Origin: Chrysochromulina tobinii
Lineage: Eukaryota
Assembly: GCA_001275005.1 (NCBI GenBank)
Contig: JWZX01003302.1
Location: forward strand, 1-33,946
DNA: 33,946 bases
Reading direction: 5' to 3'
A program made the position numbers and the translations under genes. Within the stretch, counting starts at the first letter, position 1. Each line of letters opens with the position of its first letter. The notes beneath the pieces were generated by a model that did not search any database, was not told where the DNA came from, and saw nothing but the letters and a program-made list of their open reading frames with translations. This document shows positions 11,175 through 22,521 of the stretch, one piece after another.

Positions 11175-12533
11175 ATGCGTCTCGCCAACCCCGTCGTCGA
11201 CCGTCGGGAGGCCATGCTGACCGGCGGCGGCTCGTCTTCGAACACCAATATCTCGAGCAAGACGGGTGCGCCCAAGGTCGAGCCGAAGGGAGCTCTTGCA
11301 GAATGGTTCAACATGTACAATGACCGCACCGAGATGAGTGGAGGACTATCGACAGCGGGCCTGTCGGCTGATGACAACCGTGCGAAGGTTGGTGGCATGG
11401 CAATGTGGGGCGATCCGATCATCCATAACAGAACCATTTGGGACATGAAGTATGTAAAGGAGGAGGAGGGCGGTTTCAACCCGCTCGGCCAGCTGGACGC
11501 TGCGGATCTGCGCCGCAAGATTGCGCGGGACAACGAGATTTTACGGACGCAGTCCGCAAAGACGAGCTCGATCCAGCTGGAGGGGCCCAAGGCCAAGGGC
11601 CCGCCACCGATCAAAAGCGCGCCCGAGCCTGAGCCAGCTTATAATCACCCCTCGGTCGCCGGCTGGGCCAAGGGCAAGGAGGTCCCGCCGGGCTCTGCGG
11701 CGAAGCAGCTCGAGCTGCTGAAGCGTGAGGCAGAGCCCCAGCCGCCACCGCCTTCGCGATCCTTACTTGCGCCGCCGCCGCCGCCGCCGCCCGAGAAGCC
11801 GGTGCGGATGGAGTGGCAGGTCGTCTCGAACGCACTGTGGTCGCAGCGGCTCGAGGCTCTTCAGAGCGAGGCGGCGGCCGCGGCCGCGCAGGAGCGAATG
11901 GCCTTGCAAGCCTTCCATACTTCCGCCGGTCGCACGTCGTACCTCATGCCGGCGCCGCCGACGCCGGTCTCATTCCCGTCTCTCCCCCGAATGTCCGACA
12001 AGGTGAGCACCACGTACGTCTCGCGCTACCAGCCCGCGGTGGAGTTTGCACCGCCGCCCCCGCCCCCGCCGCCCGCCACGGCGCCCGCGCCGCTAATGCC
12101 GCCCCCACGGGAGACGATGCAGCCGACGATGGCGCCGCCGCCGCCCACATATGCCCACCCCGACTATCAAGCCGCCGCCGCCCACGCCGCCGCCATGCGC
12201 TTTGAGAAGAAGCAGCCGCCTCCTCCTCCTCCGCCGCCGCCGCCAAAGCAGAAGGTGGTGCCGACCAATATCAAAAACAAGGAAGGAAAGACCAGGCTGA
12301 GCTCCGAAGCGCAGATCGCGCGGGACGAGGAGCTTGCCAAGATGATCTCTGCAACCTCAAAGTCGCATGATGAAGGGAAGAAAAAGAGTCCGACGCGCAT
12401 CAGTGGCAGCAGCCCGGTCTACAAGGGCGAAGAGTTAACCTCTTCTAAGGAGAAGGAGTACAGGGGCCCCAAGGTGCCCCAGGGTGCGCAAAGGCACGCC
12501 GGCGCGTGGCAGCAGCTCCAGCCGACCGCGTGA
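11175..12533 (+). CDS. Proline-rich, probably disordered hypothetical protein
   Basis: Long ORF with GC3-biased codons, several poly-Pro runs and a Lys-rich C-terminus; no recognised domain. Confidence 0.7.
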   Translation: MRLANPVVDRREAMLTGGGSSSNTNISSKTGAPKVEPKGALAEWFNMYNDRTEMSGGLSTAGLSADDNRAKVGGMAMWGDPIIHNRTIWDMKYVKEEEGGFNPLGQLDAADLRRKIARDNEILRTQSAKTSSIQLEGPKAKGPPPIKSAPEPEPAYNHPSVAGWAKGKEVPPGSAAKQLELLKREAEPQPPPPSRSLLAPPPPPPPEKPVRMEWQVVSNALWSQRLEALQSEAAAAAAQERMALQAFHTSAGRTSYLMPAPPTPVSFPSLPRMSDKVSTTYVSRYQPAVEFAPPPPPPPPATAPAPLMPPPRETMQPTMAPPPPTYAHPDYQAAAAHAAAMRFEKKQPPPPPPPPPPKQKVVPTNIKNKEGKTRLSSEAQIARDEELAKMISATSKSHDEGKKKSPTRISGSSPVYKGEELTSSKEKEYRGPKVPQGAQRHAGAWQQLQPTA

Positions 12534-13393
12534 AGCCCCATGCTGACACCCGCCGCTACGCATCGAGAGTGATGCCGTCACGCTCAGTTCCGGAGGAGCA
12601 CAAAACAGAACGAGATCCCGACGACACGGTCCGAGTGCAAGAAACAGAGTAAACACCCAGTGTGAGATCGACACAGAGTCAGAGATGAGCGCCGTCGACC
12701 GGACGTGGTCACCGAGAGTCGTGCCACATACATCATACTGTAGTACCCGATCGCCTCCTCGGCACGGTGTTGGGTGCGTTACCGACTACGAGGTGTTAAC
12801 TTACCGTCGGCCGTACCCGGGTGGAGCGGTCGGCCGCCCCCGCGGTGCGGTTTTCTACTGTTCCGTTCTTGTACGGTAGCCCGGCCAGCCCGCGAGCGTT
12901 CTGGAGACGAGAGCCACCGCAACGGTCACCGTACTAGACGTTTAAAGTCTCGCGCTCAATTACAATTGAGCTCGGCGCTTGTCTCGTGTCTCACCGGGTC
13001 GGCGTCGTGTGCAACGGCCAACGCACCCTAATCGAATAGGGTCACCCTTCCGTTCGTGAACTGAAGTCCGACCGTGCGGAACGTCAATCCGCGAACGTCT
13101 AGCGGCCTAGCGATCCATCGAATCACGAGGCGCATAATGGATCATCTTGATACTTGATTCCGGATCACCCACGGCTACACTGTGGGTCGCGGGCTGATTC
13201 TCGCATCTCTCCATCCCTTCTCGCATCTCTCCATCCCACGTCTGCGGGCGCGTAGTTGGATTTCCACGTTCGCGCACGTCGCGGTCGGTCAGGTGTGCGA
13301 GGGCCGGATGCCGTAATGGGATTTTCTCAGCTGCACCGCAGCGGCGATCGACCCGTACCGAGGCGTGCCCACGTATGTGAGTGTTCAGCTGGC

Positions 13394-14161
13394 TCACCGC
13401 TTGGCCTGCGGTCCAATCTCCTCGTCTGAATCCTCGTCCTCTTCGTCGGCGGCTGCCAGATTGCGCAGCCGCGCCACCAGTGTGGGATCTTCGGCCAGGT
13501 CAACAGGTCGCTCGCCCAGCTCATTCTGCGTCGCAAGCATCTCCTGCGCGGTGGCCTCGCCGGCGCGCAGCATCAGCAGCTCAGCGACGTGACCGTGGCC
13601 GCCTCGAGCGGCAAGATGGAGTGGCGTGTCACCATCGCTGTCACGCACAAAGATGGGCGCGCCCGCGTCAAGCAGCAGTTTTGCGATCTCGTAGAAACCA
13701 CCCGCACAGGCGTCGTGCAAAGGCGTTGAGCGGTCCTCATCGAGTGCCGTCACGACCGCGCCGCGCCGGAGGCACTCCTGCACGACCTCGATCTTACCGT
13801 ACAAGCAGCCGATGTGCAGGGCTGTGTCGCCGTCCTCACCGGGGGTGTCCACACCGAGGCCATTCATGTCAAGCAGATGGCCCATGATCGTGGCTTCACC
13901 CTGCTCCGCCGCTTCGAGAATCGGGTACATGCGCTGGTCCCATGCGGGCTCCTCCTCGGCCATGTCCGCGTCGCAAGCCTCTGCTTCCATGCCTTCCTCA
14001 GCACTCTCAACCTGTTCCGTCGGCTGCACGACTGCGGCTGTGAGTGCTTCACGAGCCCGCGCCTGCAGCTCAGACTTTTCGAGGCAATCAGCGTGGCTGA
14101 GGCCGGCGGCGGTGATAGTCGCGCGCAGCTGCGAGAGCGACATGGACGCGACCTCGTCCAT
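13394..14161 (-). CDS. Ankyrin-repeat protein with N-terminal SAP/HeH-like helical module
   Basis: GDTALHIGC, STPLHDAC, GDTPLHLAA, GERPVDLA repeats; N-terminal MSLSQLRATI..AGLSHADCLEKSEL. Confidence 0.9.
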   Translation of the reverse strand: MDEVASMSLSQLRATITAAGLSHADCLEKSELQARAREALTAAVVQPTEQVESAEEGMEAEACDADMAEEEPAWDQRMYPILEAAEQGEATIMGHLLDMNGLGVDTPGEDGDTALHIGCLYGKIEVVQECLRRGAVVTALDEDRSTPLHDACAGGFYEIAKLLLDAGAPIFVRDSDGDTPLHLAARGGHGHVAELLMLRAGEATAQEMLATQNELGERPVDLAEDPTLVARLRNLAAADEEDEDSDEEIGPQAKR

Positions 14162-14353
14162 GGTGTGGTTCAAGCTGCTGGCGGTCGGTGGCGCGTCCCA
14201 AGCCGACAGTGACCACAATCGTGACCACGTCGTTACAAAAACTTACTTTGTCAAGGCTCTGGGATAGCCACAAAACTTGAGCCAAACCGCATTTCACAAG
14301 CTCATTCTGTGAAATGTCACAGAAGTTTTTGTCCTCCGCCTCGTGCCGCGGCA

Positions 14354-16045
14354 ATGCGCCGAAGACAGCCAGCATTGGTCGACAACCTGGTTGGGTGCCT
14401 CTCTTCCGAGGCCCTTGAGACGCTCGTTCGCAATGAAATCGCGGCCATCATCGAGAATCCGCCATCGTGGTACGATACGACCGCCGATAACGACGCAGCA
14501 CCCACACCCATGCAACTGGAGCAGCAACGTGGCCGCAACAAATGGGCCCGCTTTGCGTGGCGCTGGGAGTGCAATGTGCACGGGCCGGCGGGTACGCTGT
14601 ACGCCGGCAGTTCGTACCGCGTGCTCGTGCGCGTGCCTCGCTGCTACCCACAGCTGCCGCCACGCATTCTGGTACTCTCCATCTTTTCGCACGTAGAGGT
14701 GGAGACTCGTGACCCATACGAGGGCCAGCTCGAAGACAGCTTTTACGAGTGCCTCGAGCGTGTGCGCGCTGGTGCGATGGAGGTGACGACGATGCCATCA
14801 GTTGGTGCATGCAGCAGTGGTAGCTCCGTCGCTGGCGGCAGCGCGTTTTCAAGCGATGGCGGAGGCAAGCGGGCGCTTGACCATGCGGACGCCGCCGATC
14901 GGCGAGCCAAGCGACCAAAGGCAACGACGGCCGCTGACGGGGCTCCGAGCAGCGCTAAAACTACGTTGGCTCATTCAACAACATCGGGTGGACAGCGAGA
15001 GGACGACGATGAGGAGAAGGAGTGGTCCGATGAAGAGAGATCATACACGGTCGCGATGGCCCTCGCGATGTTCGTCAAGGCGCTTGAGGGGCCTTTACCA
15101 AGGTGGAGGCCGGCGGACGCTCACGAGGAAACGGACGACGCCCACGAGGCCGCGAAGGACGCCCACGAGGCCGCGTGGTACCGCGTCGCCGCCTCGCACC
15201 ATGAGGATGCGCAGACGTGTGCGGCGTACCAGAGCTTGTGCCTGCACACGGAGCTCTTCCAACGGCCGCAGCCCTCGTGGTTCGCGCCGAGCTTTGCGGC
15301 GGCGTTTGCGCACGGTCCACCGACGGCCGCGGCCGTGCGCGCGCTCGTGGAGGAGGTGAGTCCGGGAGTGTTCGCCTTCGACTTCCTCTCGCCCTCGTTC
15401 TGCGAGAGGTTGCTCTGCGAGCTCGAGCATTACGATTCGTCCGGGCTGCCCGTGGTGCGTCCCAATTCGATGAACCGGTACGGCGTGGTTCTCAACTCGA
15501 TTGGGATGGAGAAGACGATCGACGCGCTGCAGCGCCATTACGTGCGGGCGCTCGCCGCGGCGCTCTTTCCAGTCGAGGGCGAGCACGTCGACCATCACCA
15601 CGCCTTCATGGTGCAGTACAAGCACGGGGAGGACCTTGGTCTCGATATGCACACGGATGCATGCGACGTGACGCTCAACGTGTGCTTGGGCAAGGAGTTC
15701 ACGGGCGCGGGGCTGACTTTCTGTGGGCTGCGTGGCGGCGGGCGGGAGCGCACATTCTCGTATCGCCATCAGCACGTCAAGGGACGCGCGATCATGCACG
15801 CAGGGCATCACCGGCACGGCGCCGACGACATCCTGGGCGGCGAGCGGTACAACCTCATCCTGTGGAACAAGTCGTCGACCTTCCGCGCGTCCAAGGACTA
15901 TATGAATAAGGTCGCACGGCCGGAGGCGGACGAGGCAGACAAGCCGGACCTCGTGTGCCTCTCGTACACACACGACGACGACTATGAAAAGTACAGGCCT
16001 CTGCCCGCCGGTGTAGTGCCCAGGCGAGAGCGCTGTGCTGGCTGA
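14354..16045 (+). CDS. UBC/UEV-like domain fused to an OGFOD2/PLOD-like 2OG-Fe(II) oxygenase
   Basis: W...VHGPAGTLYAG..Y.V.V.VP..YP..PP (UBC fold). Oxygenase motifs: RPNSMNRYG, HHAFMVQY, HTD, VTLNVCLGKEFTGAGL, HRHGA, RYNL. Confidence 0.85.
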   Translation: MRRRQPALVDNLVGCLSSEALETLVRNEIAAIIENPPSWYDTTADNDAAPTPMQLEQQRGRNKWARFAWRWECNVHGPAGTLYAGSSYRVLVRVPRCYPQLPPRILVLSIFSHVEVETRDPYEGQLEDSFYECLERVRAGAMEVTTMPSVGACSSGSSVAGGSAFSSDGGGKRALDHADAADRRAKRPKATTAADGAPSSAKTTLAHSTTSGGQREDDDEEKEWSDEERSYTVAMALAMFVKALEGPLPRWRPADAHEETDDAHEAAKDAHEAAWYRVAASHHEDAQTCAAYQSLCLHTELFQRPQPSWFAPSFAAAFAHGPPTAAAVRALVEEVSPGVFAFDFLSPSFCERLLCELEHYDSSGLPVVRPNSMNRYGVVLNSIGMEKTIDALQRHYVRALAAALFPVEGEHVDHHHAFMVQYKHGEDLGLDMHTDACDVTLNVCLGKEFTGAGLTFCGLRGGGRERTFSYRHQHVKGRAIMHAGHHRHGADDILGGERYNLILWNKSSTFRASKDYMNKVARPEADEADKPDLVCLSYTHDDDYEKYRPLPAGVVPRRERCAG

Positions 16046-16093
16046 CAATGACCTCGGTAGGCTCGCTCGGCGCGAGATGGCCCTGTGTGAGCC

Positions 16094-16220
16094 TACACCT
16101 TTCTTCTTCACACCTCTCTTCTTCACACCTCTCTTCTTCGAGGAGAGGTTGAGGAGCGCCGTTATTGGGCTCGGCCATCCCTCGGCGTTATTGGCCGTTA
16201 TTGACCGTTACTGAGCCGTT
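16094..16220. repeat. Short tandem repeats downstream of the oxygenase gene
   Basis: About 3 x ACACCTCTCTTCTTC, then dispersed (C)CGTTATTG copies and a duplicated GGCCATCCCTCGGCGTT. Confidence 0.75.
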
Positions 16221-16918
16221 ATTGGCCATCCCTCGGCGTTGCGCGCTCGGAGAACGTGCGAGATGCACCCTCGGAGCGCGAAGAGTTGGGAGAGATGAGC
16301 CAATTGATGAGCCACCGCCTATGAGAGCTGTGGGACCCGAAATGGCCGCTCGCGTGGCCAGGGCCGAGCTGGAGGCGCCCCCACAATCAATGGCGAGCCT
16401 ATCCACATAATGGACGAAGGCGCGAGGTGTCGTACATGATGGACTACGGACAGGTGCCGTGACGGTTTGTTCGTGCCGACATGCCCGTCTCCAAATTTCC
16501 ACGAAGGCAATCGCATAGCTGTTAGCTCGGTTACCGGCCGTGCGACATGCCCATCGTATCTAACGTAATACGACTATAAGTTTAAGCACAGCTGTACCGT
16601 GTACGTACATGGCACGACAATCGGTCACGCGAGAGACAAAACGCGTTGCCCGGTGACCGCACGCTACACGTCACCTACGCCGCGCGCCCCGCGCCGACGG
16701 CACCGCACGCGGCGTGGTCCGACGACGCGACGTCACCGCGGGCGCGGCCGTGCCCTCTGAAAAAGTATTATTGCCGAGTATGTCTGAGCGACGTGGACAT
16801 GGGACGAGCCACGGAGGCGAGGTGGGGCAGCGGGGGCAGAGAGCCGCGAGCGGACGAGCGGTGGGACCCCGACTCGAGTGAGCGAGAGACACAGTTTGCG
16901 AGTCACACGGTAGGGAGC

Positions 16919-19329
16919 CTACTTCGCCTCGTACCAATTTTTGGCGGTCTTCGCGTCGACGACGAGGTCGACCTTGAGCGACGGGAGCGCGTCGTCGAAG
17001 GGGTGCTGCATGCAGCGCACGACCTCCTCCTTGGCCGCGAGCGCGTGCTCCTGCGGCCCCTCGAGAATGACCTCATCGTGGATCTGGAGGAGGAGCCGGT
17101 AGCCGAGCTCGGCGAGAATCTGGGAGCTCTTGATCTTGAGCATCGCGAGGGTCATGATGTCGGCGGCGCCGCCCTGGATGGGCGTGTTGATCGCGGCGCG
17201 CTCGTGGTGCGCCACGACGGCGCGCGTGCCGGTCTGGATGCCCTCGAGCTTCCTGTACCGCCCCATGAGAGTTCGAGTCCAGCCCGTCTCGTGGGCGCGT
17301 CGGATGGTCTGCTGCTGCCATTCGCGTACCTCTGGACGGTCTGCGTACCACGCGTCGAGCATCGCCCGGGCCTCGCCCACTGTGACGCCCCAGTCTTTTG
17401 AGAGGCCGTGCACCGTCTTGCCATACGCAATCGAGAAGTTGAGCGTCTTGGCACGACGGCGCTCTGAGCCGAAGACGTCCTTGAGCAGCGGTGCGGGCGG
17501 CTTGCCCTGCTTCCAGTCCCACTCCAGCAGGCAGTCGCCCTTATCGACGGCGGTGCGCACGTGTGCGAACATACCCATGGCGGTGCGCGAGTGGAAGCAG
17601 CCACCGCTCTTGAACGCGGCGATCATTGATTGGCAGTCCGTCATATGAGCGAGCAATCGCAACTCAAGCTGTCCGTAGTCCGCCACCACGAGCGCGTTGC
17701 CCTCGTCCGCGCAAAAGGCCTCGCGGATGCGGTACTGGTCTTTCTCGAGCGCGGGCTGGTTCTGAAGGTTGGGCGCCCGCGAGGAGAGGCGCCCGGTCTC
17801 GGTGTTCAGGTTGAGCGAGCAGTGCACGCGCGAGCGCTCGTCCGCGTTCTCCTGCAGTGGCAGGATGAAGTTGGAGAGCATCGTGTCGATCGCGCCCATG
17901 CCGACGAGTGACGCGATCGCTTCGCACGCCTCGGCACCTTTGGCGCCGCCCCCGAACTGCTCGTACGCGGTGCCGTACACGGGCGGCGAGTCAAAGGGTG
18001 CGCCCGCGAGCAACTGCAGCGTGGCCGCGTCCGTCCTGGGCTGACCTTTTTTGGTCGTGCCGGGCACCGTGAGGCCGAGAGAGATGAGCTCAAACTCCAC
18101 GTTCTTGACGCCCGGCTTGACGGCCTCGAAAGCTTCGAGAGGGTCCAGCGGCACGACGGCGGCGGTCGGGCCGGCGGCGCGTCGGTGCGGCAGTCGCTCG
18201 GCCTCGACCTCGCGTGTGGAGCTGCCGGGCTCGAGGTGGAAGCCGTACGAAGCTTCCTCAGCGAGGGTGGCGCCGTCGCGGGCGGCGAGGAGCTCTTCAT
18301 ATTCACAGCGGAGCAGGTTGAACGAGCGCCGGAGCGGTGTGTGCTCGCGGCTGACTGGGTTCGCGGCACCTCCAAAGAGGAGCTGCGCCACCTGCGTACC
18401 GCTCGATGGGTTCATGAACCAGGCGGCCGGGCAGTACGAGGCCGCCCAGCGGCGGAAGTTGAGCTCTAGTTTGGCGCGCTGCGCAATCGCGCGCCGCTCG
18501 GCGGCGGGCAACTGGTTCGTCGAGTCCACCTTGATGCCCTCGCGCTCCATGGAGGTGAGAAGCTCCCCGAAGGGCCGCCAGTACCGCGTGTAGTAGTGGT
18601 ACAGGTTCGGCTCGCCAAACACTTCGCCATCGGCCCAGTCCATGCTGGTGAGCCGGCGGCGCAGCTCCTCGTGCAGCAGCCACGTGCCCTGCGAGTCGTA
18701 GCACGCGTACTGGATCCAGTCGGGGCGCGTGAGCGGGTTGTTCTGCAGCTCCTCGATCGAGGGCATGTCGAGCTTACGCCCCGGCTGCCCGTCCTTCTTC
18801 AGAGCTGGGATCCCAAAGAGCTCCTTCATTGGCGCCTTGCGCCGGCCTACGAGCTCATCGGTGAGCACCTCGAGCGAGTAGCCCGCGAGGCGCGACGCGT
18901 CCCACAGGCGCGCCATGTGCATCGTGTCGCCGCCGAAGCCGCGCACGTCCACGCCGTGGTTCCAGAGCACGTGACGGTCGAAGCCGTAGTTGTGCCACAC
19001 CTTCAGGCAGCGCTCGCTTTCCAAAAAGGGGCGCATGGCCTCGAGCACCTCGAGGTCGGTGGTGTCGACCCAGAGCGCATGCCCCGGACCGCAGCCATAG
19101 TCGACCTCGGGCCCCGAGTACATCGAGACGCACGTCACCCTCCCTTGACCGAGCGGCGATTTCTTGACGTCGATGTTGTGCACCTCTGTATCGCACGCGT
19201 GGATCGTATCTTTGGGCAGCGCGAGCAGCCTGGCCACTACCTGGCGCATCGTGGCCGCGTCGCTCACCTCGAAGATGGGCGCAAGGTCTGGCAGCGCTGC
19301 CGAGGCCGCCGGCGGCGCTGCCGCCTTCG

Positions 19330-19391
<62 letters not shown>

Positions 19392-19681
19392 GATGGCGGC
19401 GGCATCACCGCCGGCTGTCGTTGCCCCGCGGAATACTGCAGTGGGACATGAACCGCGGGTGCGGCAGCGCTGGCAAATGGGCGCGACGAGCGCGGCGCGC
19501 CACCCGACGGCGGCATCATTGAGCAGCGTGGCGCGGGCAGCCTGTGCACGGCTGCCGCTGCCATGGCCCGGCGCGGCCGCAGCAGTGGCCACGCGCCGCG
19601 GGCGCCCGTGGCCACGAGCGAAGCAGTCGGCCGTAGCATCGACAGGGCTATGAACACGGCCAGGCGGCTCGTGCGGCGCAT
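16919..19681 (-). CDS. POP: Organellar family A DNA polymerase (POP) with 3'-5' exonuclease domain
   Basis: Exonuclease: HACDTE, VWHNYGFD, DTMHMARLWD, YACYD. Polymerase: TETGRLS, DYGQLELR (motif A), RRRAKTLNFSIAYG (motif B), LQIHDE (motif C). N-terminal hydrophobic signal plus transit-like region. Confidence 0.93.
19331..19390 (-). repeat. (CAG)20 polyglutamine tract with one CAA codon, in POP
   Basis: CTG repeat on the + strand; Q20 in the translation. Confidence 0.95.
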
Positions 19682-19908
19682 GCACTGCTGCGCGTGGCGC
19701 CCAAGAGCTCCCGCAGCGACAGCATGGCGGAATCGTTCGTGTGAGTTGCAAACGACAATCAAGCTTGCGTCGGACGCCGACCGAGGGTGCGTTGCGTGCT
19801 CAACTACGACCGCGTTCACACTTCGCTTAGTTTCGCGGCGCATTCACACGATCAACCAGTGTCCCCGAGGAGCCCCGAGAACATTCATCCCCACTTTTTC
19901 TGCACGGC

Positions 19909-21030
19909 ATGGGAGGGGACTTAGACGAGTGGATCGCGCTCGTGCGCAAGTGCGAGCTGATCCCAGAGCGCGACCTGAAGCACCTGTGCGAGTACGTGCA
20001 GGAGATTATGCTCGAGGAGAGCACAGTGCAGCCAGTACAATCGCCGGTCACTATCTGTGGAGACATTCATGGGCAGGTGCATGCCTGCGCAGCCTTGCCT
20101 GCTGAAGGGAGCTCGATAGCGCCTGCCTGCTGCTGCAGACCGTATCGGGTCAGCCTGCTGACTCACCTGCGCGCCCTTGCCATCGATTCCCTGCTGCAGT
20201 TCCACGACTTGCTCGAGCTGTTCCGCAACGGAGGCGAGTGCCCTTACACGAGCTATATTTTCATGGTGCGCCCCCGTGCCTCGACGTTCGCAGCTGCGCC
20301 CGCTGCTGGCCTCAGTGTGCTGACAAGCGTCCGGCGCTCCTCTCTACAGGGCGACTTCGTCGATCGTGGCCACAACAGCGTCGAGACGATGACCATGCTG
20401 CTGCTGCTCAAGGCGCGGTATCCGCACCGCATCACGCTGCTGCGCGGCAACCACGAATCGCGGCAGATCACGCAGGTCTACGGTTTCTACGACGAGTGCC
20501 AGCGAAAATACGGCAACGCCAACCCATGGAAGTACGTGACTGAGCTCTTCGACTGGTGCCCGCTCGCGGCGCTCGTCGACGGGTCGGTGTTGTGCGTGCA
20601 CGGCGGGCTGTCGCCAGACGTGCGCACGATCGACCAGATGCGCATGATCGATCGCAAGATGGAGATCCCGCACGAGGGCGCCTTCTGCGACCTGATGTGG
20701 TCCGACCCGGACGACATCGAGACTTGGGCAGTCTCACCGCGCGGCGCCGGATGGCTCTTCGGTGCGCAGGTGACGTCCGAGTTCAACGCCCTGAATGGGC
20801 TTGAGCTCATCTGCCGCGCGCACCAGCTGGTGCAGGAGGGGTACAAGTACATGTTCTCCGAGGGCCTCGTCACCGTCTGGTCCGCGCCCAACTACTGCTA
20901 CCGCTGCGGCAACGTGGCGGCCATCCTGCAGCTGGACGACACGCTGCAGCGCAACTTCAAAATCTTCCGCGAGGTCGACACGCCCGAGCCCTCGAGCGGC
21001 GCGCGCGGGAATCTGCCCTACTTCCTGTAG
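19909..21030 (+). CDS. PPP6C: Ser/Thr protein phosphatase 6 catalytic subunit; exons 19909-20076, 20200-20265, 20350-21030
   Basis: [43 protein letters not shown] (PP6-type), [12 protein letters not shown]-terminal PYFL. Confidence 0.92.
   Translation: MGGDLDEWIALVRKCELIPERDLKHLCEYVQEIMLEESTVQPVQSPVTICGDIHGQVHACAALPAEGSSIAPACCCRPYRVSLLTHLRALAIDSLLQFHDLLELFRNGGECPYTSYIFMVRPRASTFAAAPAAGLSVLTSVRRSSLQGDFVDRGHNSVETMTMLLLLKARYPHRITLLRGNHESRQITQVYGFYDECQRKYGNANPWKYVTELFDWCPLAALVDGSVLCVHGGLSPDVRTIDQMRMIDRKMEIPHEGAFCDLMWSDPDDIETWAVSPRGAGWLFGAQVTSEFNALNGLELICRAHQLVQEGYKYMFSEGLVTVWSAPNYCYRCGNVAAILQLDDTLQRNFKIFREVDTPEPSSGARGNLPYFL
20077..20199 (+). other. GT-AG intron (123 nt)
   Basis: CAG|GTGCAT...CTGCAG|TTC restores GDIHGQFHDL. 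Confidence 0.9.
20266..20349 (+). other. GT-AG intron (84 nt)
   Basis: ATG|GTGCGC...CTACAG|GGC restores YIFMGDFVDRG. Confidence 0.9.
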
Positions 21031-21359
21031 CTGCCGCCGCTCCTTATGCCGCCGCGTCTACACACGTGCTGTGCACGTGTCAACTCGCGCGCCCGCGCGG
21101 CGTCCGCGCGACGCGAGAGCGCGCGCGCGCGCGCGCCGGGTCCCGCCCGGCGGTGATCCGACACCTACAGACCCAGTATGAGTTTAATACGCCTTTCGCA
21201 GAGAGTCAGGTGCTGGCTGCTGCGTGGAGCGTGCTGTATTTTTTGTGTTTTTTGAAGATCGCGAATCAGCGGCGAACACGTGTGGGGAAAAAGATTCTGA
21301 TCGGCGCTCGATCAACTCTTGCAACAGGAGCATCGAGCTCACATCTCACGCACTAACAA

Positions 21360-21998
21360 ATGCTGCGCATCACCATTGCCGCTCTTGTCGCGTCCGCCAA
21401 TGCCTTCTCCGTGGCGCCCATTCGCGCGGCGAGCCCGGCGAAGGCGTCGCCAATCACGATGGCTGCCGCTGAGGGCGAGCTGGTCCCCGACATGCAGCGC
21501 CGCACCATCATGAACCTCGTGCTCCTGGGTGGTGCGGGTGTCCCGGTGTTGTGGCTCGCTGGCGGCTTCGTGTACTTCTTCATCCCGCCCTCGGCGGGCG
21601 GCGGCGGCGGTGGCCTCACGGCCAAGGACGCGCTTGGCGACGACGTGAAGACCGCTGTGTGGGCGAAGGCGCACCCCTTCCCCGAGCGCTCGCTCGTGCA
21701 GGGCCTTAAGGGCGATGCGCACTACCTGATCGTGAAGCAGGACGGCTCGCTTGAGAACTTCGCGCTCAACGCCGTGTGCACCCACCTGGGCTGCGTCGTG
21801 CCGTGGAACCGCGCGCAGAACAAGTACATGTGCCCGTGCCACGGCTCGCAGTACGACCCCACGGGCAAGGTGATCCGTGGCCCGGCGCCGCTCTCGCTCG
21901 CTCTCGCGCACGTCGACGACGTCGAGGGCAACGTGGTGCTCTCGCCGTGGACCGAGACGGACTTCCGCACCAACACTGCGCCGTGGTGGAAGTCGTAA
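21360..21998 (+). CDS. petC: Cytochrome b6f Rieske iron-sulfur subunit with bipartite plastid-targeting peptide
   Basis: [46 protein letters not shown]...PWW; signal peptide ending ANA-F. Confidence 0.97.
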   Translation: MLRITIAALVASANAFSVAPIRAASPAKASPITMAAAEGELVPDMQRRTIMNLVLLGGAGVPVLWLAGGFVYFFIPPSAGGGGGGLTAKDALGDDVKTAVWAKAHPFPERSLVQGLKGDAHYLIVKQDGSLENFALNAVCTHLGCVVPWNRAQNKYMCPCHGSQYDPTGKVIRGPAPLSLALAHVDDVEGNVVLSPWTETDFRTNTAPWWKS

Positions 21999-22521
21999 GT
22001 CCTTCGTCCAGCGACCCACGCCGAACCTGGTGAGCACGAGTAGGTTCCAGGCCCCCGTGGCTAGGGGAGCCTTTGCCTTCCAGTCTCGATGACGGGCGAC
22101 AGCAGGGGACGAGGGCAGGGTGCATGCTACGGGAGGTGACCCCCCGCTTCGCGAGATAACAACGCAAGGGGCCGTGAGCCAGGACACGGGGGCGCGCTAA
22201 TGATAATGTGTGAGAGGCTGACATGTCGCTGTGACGGCTGACGCAGACGCCAGAGACCCACGCACGCCACGACGTCGCACATTGAGACCCAGTCGGAAAA
22301 CTGTTGTCTACGTTTGTGTTCAGTGGGGTTGCAAGATCTTTCAGCAGATAAATTAGCGCGCGCGCACCGTCGCGTAGACGGAGGGGTTGCCCACACCCGC
22401 AGCGCCAATTCGCGCCCTGATGGGCACCCACTTTTGTGTTATAGAATGTGCGGAAGCTCAAGGACGCGAGCGGTCATCGCGGACGGGACGCAAAGTCTGC
22501 GACCCCGGGTAAAACTCAGAA

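Noticed and set aside
13394..16045. FIH-like ankyrin-hydroxylation pair (ankyrin gene opposite the oxygenase)
   Set aside because: The oxygenase is OGFOD2/PLOD-like rather than JmjC, and adjacency is weak evidence in eukaryotes.
15095..16126. Long antisense or alternate-frame ORFs (also 7928-8914, 18596-19522, 21339-22187, 5976-6836)
   Set aside because: They overlap recognisable genes; stop-poor shadow frames are expected at high GC.
16919..19681. Phage or viral DNA polymerase indicating an integrated element
   Set aside because: Motifs and targeting peptide fit the POP family; flanking genes are host genes with introns.
21105..21136. (GC)n tract with Z-DNA potential after PP6
   Set aside because: Short simple repeat, unremarkable in a GC-rich genome.
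22195..22245. Possible C/D-box snoRNA (ATGATA...CTGA...CTGA)
   Set aside because: Too short, imperfect C box, and no guide complementarity recognised.
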